Shown here piece by piece: positions 1 through 11,673 of a stretch of 64,000 bases of DNA (positions are counted from its first letter, which is position 1; every line of letters begins with the position of its first letter). The notes under the pieces are model-generated. The model had not been told where the DNA came from. It was given only the letters and a program-made list of their open reading frames with translations, and made no database searches. The stretch covers positions 32,185-96,184 of the forward strand of contig JBEKSD010000003.1 in NCBI GenBank assembly GCA_049517335.1. Reading direction: 5' to 3'. Both the position numbers and the translations under genes were made by a program. The stretch comes from Candidatus Omnitrophota bacterium (GTDB taxonomy: Bacteria; Omnitrophota; Gorgyraeia; Gygaellales; Profunditerraquicolaceae).

Positions 1-616
1 TGCGCCTCATCCAGGAAAATTTCGCAATCATACTTTTCTTTTAAGCGCACAATTTTTTTTAAGGGCGCTTTATCCCCATCCATACTAAATATGCTCTCCG
101 TAATAATCAGCGCCTTTTTAAAATTCCCTCTTTCTTTTTTAATAAGCAATTCCAGGTGGTCCGTATCGTTGTGGCGGAAACGGAATGATTGCGCTCCGGA
201 TAAATTTATGCCGTCAATCAGGCTGGCATGGTTTAAGCGGTCTGAAAAAATGCAGTCATCTTTGCCGTATAACGCGCTGATTATCCCAATATTTGCCTGA
301 TATCCGGAATTAAATACCAACGCCGCTTCTTTATTTTTAAACTTAGCCAGCCTTTTCTCTAGTCTATGGTGTAATTCCGAATCTCCGCTCAAGAGGCGCG
401 AGGCTGAATTAGAAGTGCCAAATTTATCGAGTGCTTTGCAAGATGCGGCTATAAGTTTAGGATGCTGCGAGAGGCCAAGATAATCATTAGAAGAGAAATC
501 TATATAGGGCTTATTATTAATAATTATTTTACCTGCCTTGCGCAAGGAAACAGGCCGCAGCATGCGCAGGGTGCCTTCTTGCGCCTTTTTTTTAAGTACT
601 ACCTCTACATCTGCCA
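1..616 (-). CDS. bioF: 8-amino-7-oxononanoate synthase (BioF), N-terminal part; the 3' end runs off the window start
   Basis: Manual reverse-complement translation from the ATG at 616-614 gives MADVEVVLKKKAQEGTLRMLRPVSLRKAGKIIINNKPYIDFSSNDYLGLSQHPKLIAAS...NSGYQANIGIISAL...SMDGD..., which matches a BioF/class-II aminotransferase N-terminus. It is missing from the ORF track because no stop codon lies inside the window. It overlaps the bioB stop by 12 nt. Confidence 0.75.
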
Positions 617-1522
617 TAGCTTTTTTATTTCCTCAACCAGTTTCCAGTCTTCATCAACCATTCTTCCTTTTATAGTAAGGTACCCACCGATAAGCATCCC
701 GTTTGCTCCGGCCATAAAAGCTAAAGCCTGAAAATCCTTTAATAGAGACTCGCGCCCTGCGGCAATCTTAATGGTCTTACCTTCCAAAATTATCCTAAAA
801 ATCGCAATAGTCCTAATGGCTTCTTGTGCAGAAAGTAATGCCTGCCTTTCCATTTGCGTTCCTTTTATCGGTACCAGTATATTTATAGGCACGGAATCCA
901 CATTTAACTCTTTTAATGTCAAAACCATATCTATCCTGTCCTGCATATCTTCCCCCATCCCGATTATCCCTCCGGAACATACCTGCAAGCCGCATCTTTT
1001 AGCTGCTTTAATGGTATTAAGCCTGTCCTGAAAGGTGTGCGTGGTAACGATTTTCGGGAAGAAACGCGCTGAGGTTTCAATATTATGGTGGTATCGGATA
1101 ATTCCTGCATTTCTTAATAAAGAGAATCGTTCTTCATCCATGCTTCCCAATGAAGCGCAAATTCGTATTTTGATATTGGTAGAAATTTCTTTAATCGCAT
1201 CAAGAACCACCCTAAAATCTTTTTCCGATAACTTATCGCCGCTGGTCACGATACCAAAACTCTTTGCGCCAATTTTCTTGGCACGCATTGCCGCTTTGAT
1301 AATCTCCTCTTTTTTCTTTAGAGGATATGTGTCCAGGCCTGTCGCGTGCTTGCTGGACTGAGCGCAAAATTTGCAATCCTCAGCGCAAAATCCGCTTTTT
1401 GCGTTCATAATAGTACAGAGGTCCATAGACTTGCCGGCAAACTTCTCCCTTACCCGGTTTGCCTCTACCACTAAATCCATAATCGGCATTTTAAGTAGTT
1501 TTTCTATTCTCTCTCCCTCCAT
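605..1522 (-). CDS. bioB: biotin synthase (radical SAM). The ORF track extends to 1585, but the likely start is the ATG at 1522 (MEGERIEK...), preceded by GAGAGG
   Basis: The CAEDCKFC motif is a CxxxCxxC radical-SAM signature. The BioB-like region reads LPIMDLV..ANRVR...GAKSFGIVTSG. It lies between birA and bioF. Confidence 0.85.
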   Translation of the reverse strand: MEGERIEKLLKMPIMDLVVEANRVREKFAGKSMDLCTIMNAKSGFCAEDCKFCAQSSKHATGLDTYPLKKKEEIIKAAMRAKKIGAKSFGIVTSGDKLSEKDFRVVLDAIKEISTNIKIRICASLGSMDEERFSLLRNAGIIRYHHNIETSARFFPKIVTTHTFQDRLNTIKAAKRCGLQVCSGGIIGMGEDMQDRIDMVLTLKELNVDSVPINILVPIKGTQMERQALLSAQEAIRTIAIFRIILEGKTIKIAAGRESLLKDFQALAFMAGANGMLIGGYLTIKGRMVDEDWKLVEEIKKLWQM

Positions 1523-1616
1523 CAAATAATTCCTCTCATACATAATTCCGGCGCTTATTATAATAAGCGCCGGAATAATTGTCAACCTAATTAAATTTAT
1601 TAGTTTACGGAACTGT

Positions 1617-2573
1617 TTATCTGCAATGCATTACATCCCCGGCCACAACTTTAACATTCAAACCGGCATCATTACGCAGGATAAGCCCGCCGTCAATATC
1701 AATATCAAGAGCTTCCCCTTCATAATGTTTTTTGTGCGTATAGACTTTAACCCTGCGGCCTAAAGTTGTACTGTGTTCTCTCCATTTTCCGATAATAGAG
1801 GCAGGGCCCCTATGCTGGAATAGCAAATAATCCGCTTCCAGCTGCCGTAATAACTCCCGCAGTAACTCAATACGGTTTATTCCTTCTTTTTTGTGTTCCT
1901 TTAAAGAAGTTGTTCCCGCAATCAAAGTTTTTTTATCGTTATTCACATTCAAGCCTATCCCGATACTTATGAAATTCACCCTGTCTGTTTCGGCGCTTAA
2001 CTCGGTAAGTATGCCACCCAATTTCTTATTATGGATTAATATATCGTTCGGCCACTTTATTTGCGCATCCAGCGTACATATTTTTTTAACCGCCTCGCAA
2101 ACACTTACTGCCGAAAGCAATGTCAGGATAGATGCTTCTGACGGTGGTATTTTTGGCCGTAAAATCAAAGACATATAAATTCCTTTATATTTGGGGGAAA
2201 ACCAAATCCTGCCTAGCCTGCCCTTGCCTTTTGTCTGCGTTTCCGCTAAAATAAGGGTTCCTTCCTGCGCACCTGTAATGCCGAGCTTGAGCGCTTCATT
2301 CATAGTAGAAGCTACGGAATCAAAATAATAGATTTTCCTTCCCACAAATTTTGTTCCCAAATTACGGCTAACTTCAAATTCAAAAAGGCGATCCGGGGTT
2401 TCTTTGAGCCGGTAGCCCAAATGGGGCACAGCCACGATGTCATACCCGGCATCCCTCAATTCCTGAATATGTTTCCAGAGTGCCTGCCGGGATACCCCTA
2501 AACGCACACTGATAGCGTCTCCTGAAACATAATCATCTTTATTGCTTAAATATTCTAAGATTTTTTCCTGCAT
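1617..2573 (-). CDS. birA: bifunctional biotin-protein ligase / bio operon repressor BirA, with an N-terminal HTH
   Basis: The N-terminal wHTH reads VSGDAISVRLGVSRQALWKHIQELRDAGY. The BPL catalytic core reads GKGRLGRIWFSP. The gene sits in a bio gene context. Confidence 0.85.
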   Translation of the reverse strand: MQEKILEYLSNKDDYVSGDAISVRLGVSRQALWKHIQELRDAGYDIVAVPHLGYRLKETPDRLFEFEVSRNLGTKFVGRKIYYFDSVASTMNEALKLGITGAQEGTLILAETQTKGKGRLGRIWFSPKYKGIYMSLILRPKIPPSEASILTLLSAVSVCEAVKKICTLDAQIKWPNDILIHNKKLGGILTELSAETDRVNFISIGIGLNVNNDKKTLIAGTTSLKEHKKEGINRIELLRELLRQLEADYLLFQHRGPASIIGKWREHSTTLGRRVKVYTHKKHYEGEALDIDIDGGLILRNDAGLNVKVVAGDVMHCR

Positions 2574-2575
2574 GA

Positions 2576-3739
2576 TTATTTCTTTTCGTAAAGAGGGGAC
2601 ATGGCGCGCAATTTCTCAACCACCTGCGACAGTTGCTTAAGAAAACGACTAATCTCTTCTTCCGTTGTCCACCTACCTATAGTTATACGCAGGGAACCAT
2701 GGGCGATTTCATGCGGTAGGCCCAAAGCCAGAAGGACATGCGAAGGCTCAAGCGACGTAGATGTGCAGGCGGAACCGGTAGAGCAGGCAATACCCAACAA
2801 ATCCAGATTAAGCAGCATAGACTCGCCTTCAATGTATTTTATGGAGAAATTCACGTTATTGGGCAGCCTCTTTACGGGGTGGCCGTTAAGAAGGACTTCG
2901 GGGATTTTTTTGCTGATTTCAGTTATCATCCTATCGCGCAGCCCGCTCTGGAATTTTGCCTCATTTGCCATATTTTTACTACATAATTCCACGGCTTTTC
3001 CTAAGCCCACAATGCCGGGAGTATTCTGCGTAGAAGCGCGCCTTCCTTTTTCCTGATCGCCGCCGTCTAAGAACCTTGTAATACGCGTCCCCTTCCTGAG
3101 GTATAAAGCACCTACCCCTTTGGGGCCGTAAAATTTATGCGCAGAAAGCGACAATAAATCCACGTTCATTTCGTTAACATCAACTGGAATGTGGCCGACG
3201 GTCTGAACCGCATCAGTATGAAAATAAATCCCTCTTTCTTTTGCGATCCTGCCGATCTCGGTAATAGGCTGAATTGTACCGATTTCGTTGTTCGCATGCA
3301 TTACTGAAATAAGGACCGTCTTATCGGTTATGGCTTTCTTGATATCCTCCGAGGAAACCAAACCGGTTTTATCCACCCTGACATAAGTAACATTAAAACC
3401 GTGTTTCTCAAGGTATTTACAAGGCTCAAGTATTGCATGATGCTCAATGGCGGAAGTTATAATGTGATTTCCCTTTTCCGCCATGGCGGAAGCTATACCT
3501 TTTACGGCAAAATTACCGGATTCAGTCCCTCCGGACGTAAAAATAATTTCATCAAGCTTTGCCCCGATAAAAGAAGCGAGTTCCTCGCGGGCATCCTCTA
3601 CTCCCTTTTTCGCTTCCTGACCGAAAGAATGTATACTTGAAGCATTGCCGTATTTTTCAAAGAAATACGGCTCCATTGCTTTAACTACTTCAGGGTCGGT
3701 CGGCGCTGTAGCGGCGTAATCCAGATATATTCTTTTCAT
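2576..3739 (-). CDS. nifS: cysteine desulfurase (NifS/IscS family)
   Basis: Class V aminotransferase fold. The sequence LDYAATAP...SGGTESGN...SAHKFYGPKG...GSACTS carries the active-site Cys motif. Confidence 0.85.
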   Translation of the reverse strand: MKRIYLDYAATAPTDPEVVKAMEPYFFEKYGNASSIHSFGQEAKKGVEDAREELASFIGAKLDEIIFTSGGTESGNFAVKGIASAMAEKGNHIITSAIEHHAILEPCKYLEKHGFNVTYVRVDKTGLVSSEDIKKAITDKTVLISVMHANNEIGTIQPITEIGRIAKERGIYFHTDAVQTVGHIPVDVNEMNVDLLSLSAHKFYGPKGVGALYLRKGTRITRFLDGGDQEKGRRASTQNTPGIVGLGKAVELCSKNMANEAKFQSGLRDRMITEISKKIPEVLLNGHPVKRLPNNVNFSIKYIEGESMLLNLDLLGIACSTGSACTSTSLEPSHVLLALGLPHEIAHGSLRITIGRWTTEEEISRFLKQLSQVVEKLRAMSPLYEKK

Positions 3740-4539
3740 TTTATTGCCTCGTTCATGCTTCCGGTACGGTAACCTTCCAAATCAACTGTGATGTAATTAT
3801 AACCTAACTTTTTCAATTTGTCGACTACGAGGTTGCGTTTAGAGATTAAATTGCGTATTTGTTTATTCTCCACCTCTATCCGGCAGGAACGGCCGTAATC
3901 CCTGAGCCTTACCTGCTTAAAGCCGAGCTTCCTTAAAAAAAGCTCTCCTTTATTTATCCGCTTTAGCGCTATTGATGAAATCCTATTCCCATAAGGGATG
4001 CGCGAAGCAAGGCAAGCAAGGCTGGGCTTATCCCAAGTAGGGAGTTTTAACTTCCTGCTTAAACAACGGATATCATCCTTGGTAAAACCCGCTTCTTCAA
4101 GCGGCGAGCTTATCTTTAATTCTTTTCCGGCAATGCTGCCCGGACGGAAATCGAATTTATCGGAAACATTGCCTGCCTCTAAAACAACCTTAAATTTTTC
4201 TGCCCTCGCCATGTCTTTAAGGCGCGAAAAAAGTTCTTTTTTGCAGAAATAGCAGCGGTTAACCGGATTAGCAATAAACTTTTTGTTCCTACCTTCATGG
4301 GTGCGGATTATTTTATGACGCACGCCTATAAGCTTTGCTATCCTTCTGGCATAGATGATTTCTTCTTTAGGGTAAGTCGGGGAAACTGCCGTAACTGCAA
4401 GCAGATTTTCTCCAGGCAGGGTTTCCGCCGCTATTTTAAGCAGTAAACTGCTGTCAACCCCTCCGGAGAAAGCAATCACGCAGGAATTATATTTTAAGAT
4501 AAGTTTTTTAAGCTTATCCAGTTTTTTATAAAGCAACAA
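3736..4539 (-). CDS. PP-loop ATP pyrophosphatase of the LarE/TIGR00268 family (sulfur transferase) with a CxxC...C motif
   Basis: The PP-loop is SGGVDSS. The motif NRCYFCKKELF plus a later Cys matches Fe-S-dependent LarE-type thiolation enzymes. The gene is embedded in the thiamine/sulfur operon. Confidence 0.65.
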   Translation of the reverse strand: MLLYKKLDKLKKLILKYNSCVIAFSGGVDSSLLLKIAAETLPGENLLAVTAVSPTYPKEEIIYARRIAKLIGVRHKIIRTHEGRNKKFIANPVNRCYFCKKELFSRLKDMARAEKFKVVLEAGNVSDKFDFRPGSIAGKELKISSPLEEAGFTKDDIRCLSRKLKLPTWDKPSLACLASRIPYGNRISSIALKRINKGELFLRKLGFKQVRLRDYGRSCRIEVENKQIRNLISKRNLVVDKLKKLGYNYITVDLEGYRTGSMNEAIK

Positions 4540-4798
4540 CCTCTTTAACCTCGGGGACTTCCTGCTTTAAAATCCTCTCAACGCCGTTCTTCAGGGTTAT
4601 TTGAGACATCGGGCAGCAGCCGCAGGTACCAGTAAGCTTAAGCTTCACTACCCCGTCAGCTGTTACTTCTACCAATTCAACATTCCCGCCGTCAGTCATA
4701 AGCATCGGCCTGATTTTATCTAAAGCCTTCTCTACTTTTTCTCTCATAAATTGCTCCTTTTTGCTATTATTATAGCATTCAGCTGCTTTATTTGCCAC
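4526..4798 (-). CDS. NifU-like (Nfu-type) Fe-S cluster scaffold domain protein
   Basis: TGTCGCCPMS is a CxxC motif typical of the NifU C-terminal domain. The protein is 90 aa. Confidence 0.7.
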   Translation of the reverse strand: MANKAAECYNNSKKEQFMREKVEKALDKIRPMLMTDGGNVELVEVTADGVVKLKLTGTCGCCPMSQITLKNGVERILKQEVPEVKEVVAL

Positions 4799-5420
4799 TT
4801 TTCTTTAAAACATATTCCAACACAATATCCGCTTCTTTTGCCGCAGCTATGTTAACCCGCGGGGATACTGCGGGCTTATCCTTAATATCGCTCTTTAAAT
4901 CCCCGACAACCACAAAGTTTTCCTTTATCCTGTGCGTTCTGATTTCATCGCTTGAGCCTACGCCGCCTAATCCGGAAGCAGAAACAATAAATCTGCCTTC
5001 GGGTAAAAGCCGATTAACTAACATGCTCTTACCTTCGGAGGTATCAAGACATTCAACAATAATATGGCAGTTTTTAAATAATTCTTTTATGTTATTTTCG
5101 GTAATTTTTACTGCTTCTGTTTTAATATCCAATTCCGGATTAACCCTGCAAAGATTTATTTTGAGCGCATCCACTTTTTTCTGGCCGACCTGGTCCAGAA
5201 AATAAAACTGCCGGTCTAAATTTGAAGGTGTAATGATATCAAAATCTACGATCTTAAATTTTTTAAAACCGGATCTTACCAGATTAAGGGCGCAATTAGA
5301 ACCCAACCCTCCTGCTCCGGCTATGCCTATTCTGGTCTCTTCAACCCTGGCGAGGTTCTCTTTCCCGAACTTTTTAATTAAATCTTCCCTGAATGTTTCC
5401 ATTTTTAGAGCTGCAACCAA
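4788..5420 (-). CDS. thiF: ThiF/MoeB-family E1-like adenylyltransferase (ThiS adenylyltransferase)
   Basis: The Rossmann fold reads [21 protein letters not shown]...DFD. It is adjacent to thiH, thiG and thiS. Confidence 0.8.
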   Translation of the reverse strand: MVAALKMETFREDLIKKFGKENLARVEETRIGIAGAGGLGSNCALNLVRSGFKKFKIVDFDIITPSNLDRQFYFLDQVGQKKVDALKINLCRVNPELDIKTEAVKITENNIKELFKNCHIIVECLDTSEGKSMLVNRLLPEGRFIVSASGLGGVGSSDEIRTHRIKENFVVVGDLKSDIKDKPAVSPRVNIAAAKEADIVLEYVLKKSGK

Positions 5421-6496
5421 TCTTTCAGCACCGGCTGGTATCCTTTTCTTTCAATTGCGTCTTTAATTTCATCAACACTTCTTTCGTCCGAAATCCGGAA
5501 CTGGGCTTGATGAGCGCCCTGATTCAAAGTATGGCCTCCTACGGCTGTAGTTGAACCGGCAGACATCTTGGTAATTCCCAAGGACAGAATATTTTCCCTG
5601 AACTCCGGATTCTCACGCGTAGATATTGTTATGCCGACACGCGGCAGGAATAATCTTAAAGCCATTATCATCTGGACGATATTCTTGTCTGTTACGATAT
5701 AAGGTGCTGTAAAATTTCCTACCTGCGGCCTCAAGCGCGGGAGCGAAATACCAATTTCTACATCTGGAAACTTATCCTGCAGGTATTTTGCGTGTAGCCC
5801 CATAAAGAAAGCCTCCTTTCTCCATGGCGCTAATCCCAGTAAAATACCTATATTGACATTACGCATGCCTGATGCGCATCCTCTTTCAGGCGCATCAAGC
5901 CTAAAGTTATAATTCTTTTTTGCTCCGGCAAGATGCACCGAATCATAAACTGTTTCGTCGTAAACTTCCTGGTATATTGTTAACCCGTCAACTCCGCAGG
6001 AAACCAACTCTGCATACTCAGCTTCTGTAAGCGGAAAAATTTCAATGGATATTGAACTAAAATATTTTTTCAGTACATTCACGCAATCCTTAATGTAGCT
6101 TATGGGCGTCATTTTACGGGATTCTCCGGTCAGAATAAGAATGTGTTTTAATCCAGTAGAAGCGATGAACTTGGCTTCTTTTTCAACTTCATCTAGGGAA
6201 AGCTTTTTTCTTTTAAAGCTGTTATCCGCGGTAAAACCACAGTAAGCGCATTTATTTTCGCAGTAATCCGATAAATACATTGGTGTATAAAGTTGGATGG
6301 TCTTGCCGAAATTACTTATAGTCAACTCATGGGCCCTTGCAGCTATCTCCTCCAAATATTTTTCCGCGGAAGCAGAAAGAAGAGCGGAAAATTGAGAAAT
6401 ACTCACATTATCGGTTAATATGGCAGATTTTATATCTTCCGACTTTTCGTCAAAAGTCTTACCTTTATATTGTGAATAAACTTCATAATAATTCAT
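5405..6496 (-). CDS. thiH: 2-iminoacetate synthase ThiH (radical SAM tyrosine lyase)
   Basis: The CENKCAYC radical-SAM motif is present. The ~363 aa length and the position next to thiG fit ThiH. Confidence 0.8.
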   Translation of the reverse strand: MNYYEVYSQYKGKTFDEKSEDIKSAILTDNVSISQFSALLSASAEKYLEEIAARAHELTISNFGKTIQLYTPMYLSDYCENKCAYCGFTADNSFKRKKLSLDEVEKEAKFIASTGLKHILILTGESRKMTPISYIKDCVNVLKKYFSSISIEIFPLTEAEYAELVSCGVDGLTIYQEVYDETVYDSVHLAGAKKNYNFRLDAPERGCASGMRNVNIGILLGLAPWRKEAFFMGLHAKYLQDKFPDVEIGISLPRLRPQVGNFTAPYIVTDKNIVQMIMALRLFLPRVGITISTRENPEFRENILSLGITKMSAGSTTAVGGHTLNQGAHQAQFRISDERSVDEIKDAIERKGYQPVLKDWLQL

Positions 6497-7281
6497 TTTC
6501 TTAAGAACCCCGTTAATGGGCTAGATGCCTGAGCCACATTTGATTGCGCGGGTATACCGCTTAAAAAAGCCTGTCTTCCGGATGAAACCGCCTTGTTAAA
6601 CGCTTCTGCAAAATTCACCGGATCCGGGGAGATAGCAATAGCAGTATTCACTAATACAGCGGCACTTCCTAACTCCATACATCTACAGGCATCTGACGGC
6701 CTGCCTAATCCCGCATCAACGATAATTGGAGCATTGACTTCTTCAATCATTATTTTAACAAGTTCTTCCGTCCTTAAACCCCTGTTACTGCCGATTGGTG
6801 AACCTAACGGCATAACAGCGCTGGCTCCGTATTCAACAAGCTTTTTTGCCACAGCTATATCCGGACTCATATAAGGCAAAACGATAAAACCTTCTTTAAC
6901 TAAAACCTCAGTTGCCTTTAAAACCTCAAGATTATCCGGCAGAAGGTATTTATTGTCCTTTATGATTTCAATTTTAATCCAGTTTCCCGCGCCTACTGCT
7001 TTGGCCAAGCGGGCAATCCTTATTGCCTCCTCTGCGTTCCGGGCACCGGAAGTATTGGTCATCACCAAGCATTCTTTAGGGATATAATACAAAATGTTAT
7101 CCGACTTAGAACCGACATCCACCCTTCTTAAAGCTACCGTTACCACATCCGGACTGACTTTTTCTAAAACTTCCTTCATAACACGGTTGCTTGAAAATTT
7201 TCCCGTGCCGATAAATAACCTGTTCTTGATTTTCTTTTTTGCGATTATCAATGCGTCTTCCAATTTATCCTCCTCCGACAA
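6493..7281 (-). CDS. thiG: thiazole synthase ThiG
   Basis: A ThiG-like TIM barrel of 262 aa (IGTGKF..., ...SPIGSNRG...), located between thiH and thiS. Confidence 0.85.
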   Translation of the reverse strand: MSEEDKLEDALIIAKKKIKNRLFIGTGKFSSNRVMKEVLEKVSPDVVTVALRRVDVGSKSDNILYYIPKECLVMTNTSGARNAEEAIRIARLAKAVGAGNWIKIEIIKDNKYLLPDNLEVLKATEVLVKEGFIVLPYMSPDIAVAKKLVEYGASAVMPLGSPIGSNRGLRTEELVKIMIEEVNAPIIVDAGLGRPSDACRCMELGSAAVLVNTAIAISPDPVNFAEAFNKAVSSGRQAFLSGIPAQSNVAQASSPLTGFLRK

Positions 7282-7465
7282 AACTTAAGACCTCTAAAGT
7301 ATCATCCTGGGCTATTATAATTTTGCGCCATTCTTCTTTAGGCACAATGCGTAGATTATGTTCTACAATAATTCTTTCCAGAAGAAACCCCTTTTCTGCA
7401 AGTAAATCGTAGAGGGTTATTCCGGAGTTGAATGATATCTCTTCTCCGTTCAGTTTAACAGACAT
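7265..7465 (-). CDS. thiS: sulfur carrier protein ThiS
   Basis: 66 aa ending in GG (…LSFVGGG). It is the first gene after the TPP riboswitch and overlaps thiG. Confidence 0.85.
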   Translation of the reverse strand: MSVKLNGEEISFNSGITLYDLLAEKGFLLERIIVEHNLRIVPKEEWRKIIIAQDDTLEVLSFVGGG

Positions 7466-7480
7466 CTCTCCCTCCTAAGA

Positions 7481-7516
7481 AATAAAAACCCTTAATGCCA
7501 AAAGATTAAGGGTTTT
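7481..7516 (-). terminator. intrinsic terminator hairpin forming the expression platform of the TPP riboswitch
   Basis: A 12-bp stem (aaaacccttaat / attaagggtttt) is followed on the minus-strand RNA by UAUUUCUUAGGAGG. The U-tract overlaps the thiS SD sequence. Confidence 0.7.
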
Positions 7517-7616
7517 ATATTTTTCCCTACGCTGGCATTATCCAGATCAGGTTAAACAAGGGTAATCTGCTTACTTTAAGCAGAACTCTCAGGCTGTCTG
7601 ACAACCTCCCCTTACT
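7517..7616 (-). ncRNA. TPP (THI-box) riboswitch aptamer
   Basis: The minus-strand RNA contains GGGGAGG...CUGAGAG...ACCCUUGUUUAACCUGAUCUGGAUAAUGCCAGCGUAGGGAA. These are the conserved CUGAGA and ACCUGAUCUGGAUAAUGCCAGCGUAGGGAA blocks of the THI element. It sits directly upstream of thiS. Confidence 0.9.
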
Positions 7617-7619
7617 TTT

Positions 7620-8210
7620 TTATTTTGAAATCACAAAAACCGCATTAAGAGCAAGAAGATTCGGCCAAAACCTAACCCTGCGCAATTTTCCAAGATTATA
7701 CACCTGGAGAATCTTTATATCTTTACTTTTACAATAATATTTAAAATCGCTGATACTCAAAAACCGGACGTTAGGAGTATCGTACCAGCGGTATGGTAAG
7801 GATTTCGTAATCGGGGCCTTGCCTTTAAAAAACATCATAAAGCGCGCCTTTATATGGGCAAAGTTAGAAAAGCCTATAATGACTTTCTTGCCTACGCGAA
7901 GCGTCTCCTCTATAACAAAGTCAATTTTTTTGACCTCCTGCATACTCTGATTCAAAATCACGTAATCAAAGTTTTTATCCGGATATTCAGTCAAGCCACT
8001 GTCAATATCGCTTTGAAAAACGCTCAAGCCTTTTTCAACGCAATCATGGATAGCCTCATCGTCAAGCTCAATACCCTGCACAATCGCATTTTTCTTTTCT
8101 GAGAGCAAAAGAATAAGGTCTCCGTTGCCGCAGCCTAAATCCAGAACGCGCGACCCGGGTTCAATAATATTAGTAATAACCTTATAATCTAACCTTATTT
8201 TTTCAGACAA
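7620..8210 (-). CDS. metW: methionine biosynthesis protein MetW (SAM-MTase-like)
   Basis: The methyltransferase fold reads VLDLGCGNGDLI. The gene lies immediately downstream of metX. Confidence 0.8.
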   Translation of the reverse strand: MSEKIRLDYKVITNIIEPGSRVLDLGCGNGDLILLLSEKKNAIVQGIELDDEAIHDCVEKGLSVFQSDIDSGLTEYPDKNFDYVILNQSMQEVKKIDFVIEETLRVGKKVIIGFSNFAHIKARFMMFFKGKAPITKSLPYRWYDTPNVRFLSISDFKYYCKSKDIKILQVYNLGKLRRVRFWPNLLALNAVFVISK

Positions 8211-8228
8211 TTTTCAACCTCTCTGTAC

Positions 8229-9356
8229 TTATCCGTGAAAAGTTTTCTTAAGAAAGTGCTTGATTAAATGCGTTTCCTCTTCAACCTCCAGAAGGAATGC
8301 ATCATGGCCATAGGTTGAGTTTATTTCACAGTACGTAGCGTCCTGACCGCGCAATTTCAGGGCTCGCGCTATCTCCTGCGACTGATAGGAAGGATACAGC
8401 CAATCGGACTTAAAAGAGATAACCAGAAAACGCAGATCAATATCTTTATCTTTCGGTATAAGTTTACTACCGGAAAGGTCAAAATAATCCATGGCCTTAG
8501 TCAAATACAGGTAAGAGTTGGCGTCAAAGCGCTTAACAAAATTATCCCCTCTATACCTTAAATACCCTTCAACTTCAAAATCTGTTGCGAATTTAAAACT
8601 ATAATCCTGTGCTTTAAGCCGACGGGAGAATTTTTCTTCCATAGATTTATCGCTCATATAAGTAATATGGCCGATCATGCGCGCAACAGCTAACCCTCTT
8701 TCCGGCTTTGCTTTCCCGTAATAATTGCCTTCATTCCACGCCGGGTCAGCCATTACTGCCTGCCTGCCTACTTCATCAAAGGCAATCTGCTGAGGCGAAT
8801 GTTTTAAAGTTGTAGCAATGGGTATGGCGCTTTGCACATGCTTAGGATATGTTGCTACCCATTGCAAAACCTGCATTCCGCCCATCGAGCCTCCGATAAT
8901 ACAAAGAAGTTTCTTGATTCCCAAATGATCAATCAAATACTTTTGGGCCCTGACCATATCAGCAATGGTAATTACCGGAAAATCAAGTCCGTAATAATTG
9001 CTTGTTTTCGGGTTAATTGATGCCGGGCCGGTGCTCCCCTTACATCCGCCAATGACATTTGAACAAATCACGAAATACTTATTTGTATCCAACGCTTTAT
9101 TCGGCCCAACCAACACATCCCACCAACCGGGATCTTTATCTCCTTCGTGGAATCCTGCGGCATGCGCATCCCCGGATAAGGCATGTTCAACAAGAATAGC
9201 ATTACTTTTGTCTGTATTAAGCTCGCCGTAAGTTTCATAGCTAAGCGTAATGGGGCCTAAAGACTGCCCGGAATCGAGCTTCAATCCATCTGAGCCTTCT
9301 GCGAAACTAAAATATTCCTGTTTTAGAGTACCTACCGATTCTGTTTTATAAGTCAT
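8229..9356 (-). CDS. metX: homoserine O-acetyltransferase
   Basis: A MetX alpha/beta-hydrolase of 375 aa carrying GGSMGGMQ. It sits with metW and metY. Confidence 0.85.
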   Translation of the reverse strand: MTYKTESVGTLKQEYFSFAEGSDGLKLDSGQSLGPITLSYETYGELNTDKSNAILVEHALSGDAHAAGFHEGDKDPGWWDVLVGPNKALDTNKYFVICSNVIGGCKGSTGPASINPKTSNYYGLDFPVITIADMVRAQKYLIDHLGIKKLLCIIGGSMGGMQVLQWVATYPKHVQSAIPIATTLKHSPQQIAFDEVGRQAVMADPAWNEGNYYGKAKPERGLAVARMIGHITYMSDKSMEEKFSRRLKAQDYSFKFATDFEVEGYLRYRGDNFVKRFDANSYLYLTKAMDYFDLSGSKLIPKDKDIDLRFLVISFKSDWLYPSYQSQEIARALKLRGQDATYCEINSTYGHDAFLLEVEEETHLIKHFLKKTFHG

Positions 9357-10288
9357 CCTAAGTATTCCTGAAATAACCAGGTTGTCAGATAGCGTTCGCC
9401 TGTATCAGGCAGAACTACCACTATGGTTTTACCTTGTGATTCTTTGCGCTTGGCAACCTCTAATGCCGCCCATACGGCAGCGCCACTTGAAATCCCCACA
9501 AAAATGCCTTCCTGCCGCGCTAATTTTCTTGCAACTTGCCCCGCATCATCATTAGATACCTTAATGATTTCATCAATTATTTCGCGGTTAAGTATCTGCG
9601 GAATAAATCCCGCGCCTATTCCCTGAATTTTATGCGGTCCCGGCTTGCCTCCGGATAAAACCGGAGAATCGACCGGTTCAATTCCTATGACCTTTACGGA
9701 AGGTTTATTTTTTTTAAGTACTTCCCCTACTCCGGTTATTGTACCACCGGTGCCGATTCCGGCAATAAAAATGTCTACTTTGCCGTCAGTATCATCCCAT
9801 ATTTCCTGCGCGGTTGTTTTACGGTGGATCTCGGGATTTGCCGGATTATTAAACTGCTGCGGCACAAAACTATTTGGAGTAACCTTTGCCAATTCTTCTG
9901 CTTTCTCAACTGCCCCGCGCATGCCTTTAGCCCCTTCAGTCAAAATAAGCTCTGCGCCGAGAATCTTCAAAAGCTGCCTGCGCTCTAGGCTCATGGTATC
10001 CGGCATGGTCAAAATCAGCTTATACCCCTTGGCTGCGGCTACGAATGCCAAAGCAATCCCGGTATTACCACTGGTCGGTTCAATGATTACTGAATTTTTT
10101 TTCAAAAGCCCTTTTCTTTCGGCATCTTCGATCATAGCGACCCCTATGCGGTCTTTAACACTTGAAAGCGGATTAAACGATTCTATTTTTGCCAAAACAA
10201 ACGCATCTAAACCCTCAGTGATACGATTTAGTTTCACCAGAGGAGTATTTCCAACGGTTTTGGTTATATCATCAAATATTCTACTCAT
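9353..10288 (-). CDS. cysK: cysteine synthase (O-acetylserine sulfhydrylase)
   Basis: PLP fold with NPLSSVKDR and GNTGIALA, which is the CysK/CysM signature. Confidence 0.85.
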   Translation of the reverse strand: MSRIFDDITKTVGNTPLVKLNRITEGLDAFVLAKIESFNPLSSVKDRIGVAMIEDAERKGLLKKNSVIIEPTSGNTGIALAFVAAAKGYKLILTMPDTMSLERRQLLKILGAELILTEGAKGMRGAVEKAEELAKVTPNSFVPQQFNNPANPEIHRKTTAQEIWDDTDGKVDIFIAGIGTGGTITGVGEVLKKNKPSVKVIGIEPVDSPVLSGGKPGPHKIQGIGAGFIPQILNREIIDEIIKVSNDDAGQVARKLARQEGIFVGISSGAAVWAALEVAKRKESQGKTIVVVLPDTGERYLTTWLFQEYLG

Positions 10289-10304
10289 ATTCCCTCCTTA
10301 AAAA

Positions 10305-11627
<1,323 letters not shown>

Positions 11628-11673
11628 TTAACTACAGGCAAGGGGAATAAACCCCTTGCCTGTAGTTTTATCT

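Noticed and set aside
2601-3056. 151-aa and 82-aa plus-strand ORFs antisense to nifS
   Set aside because: Shadow ORFs within a high-confidence PLP enzyme gene. They have Arg- and Cys-rich junk composition.
9645-10301. 218-aa plus-strand ORF antisense to cysK
   Set aside because: It lies entirely inside a confidently assigned minus-strand gene and has low-complexity Pro/Ser-rich composition typical of shadow ORFs. No motifs were recognised.
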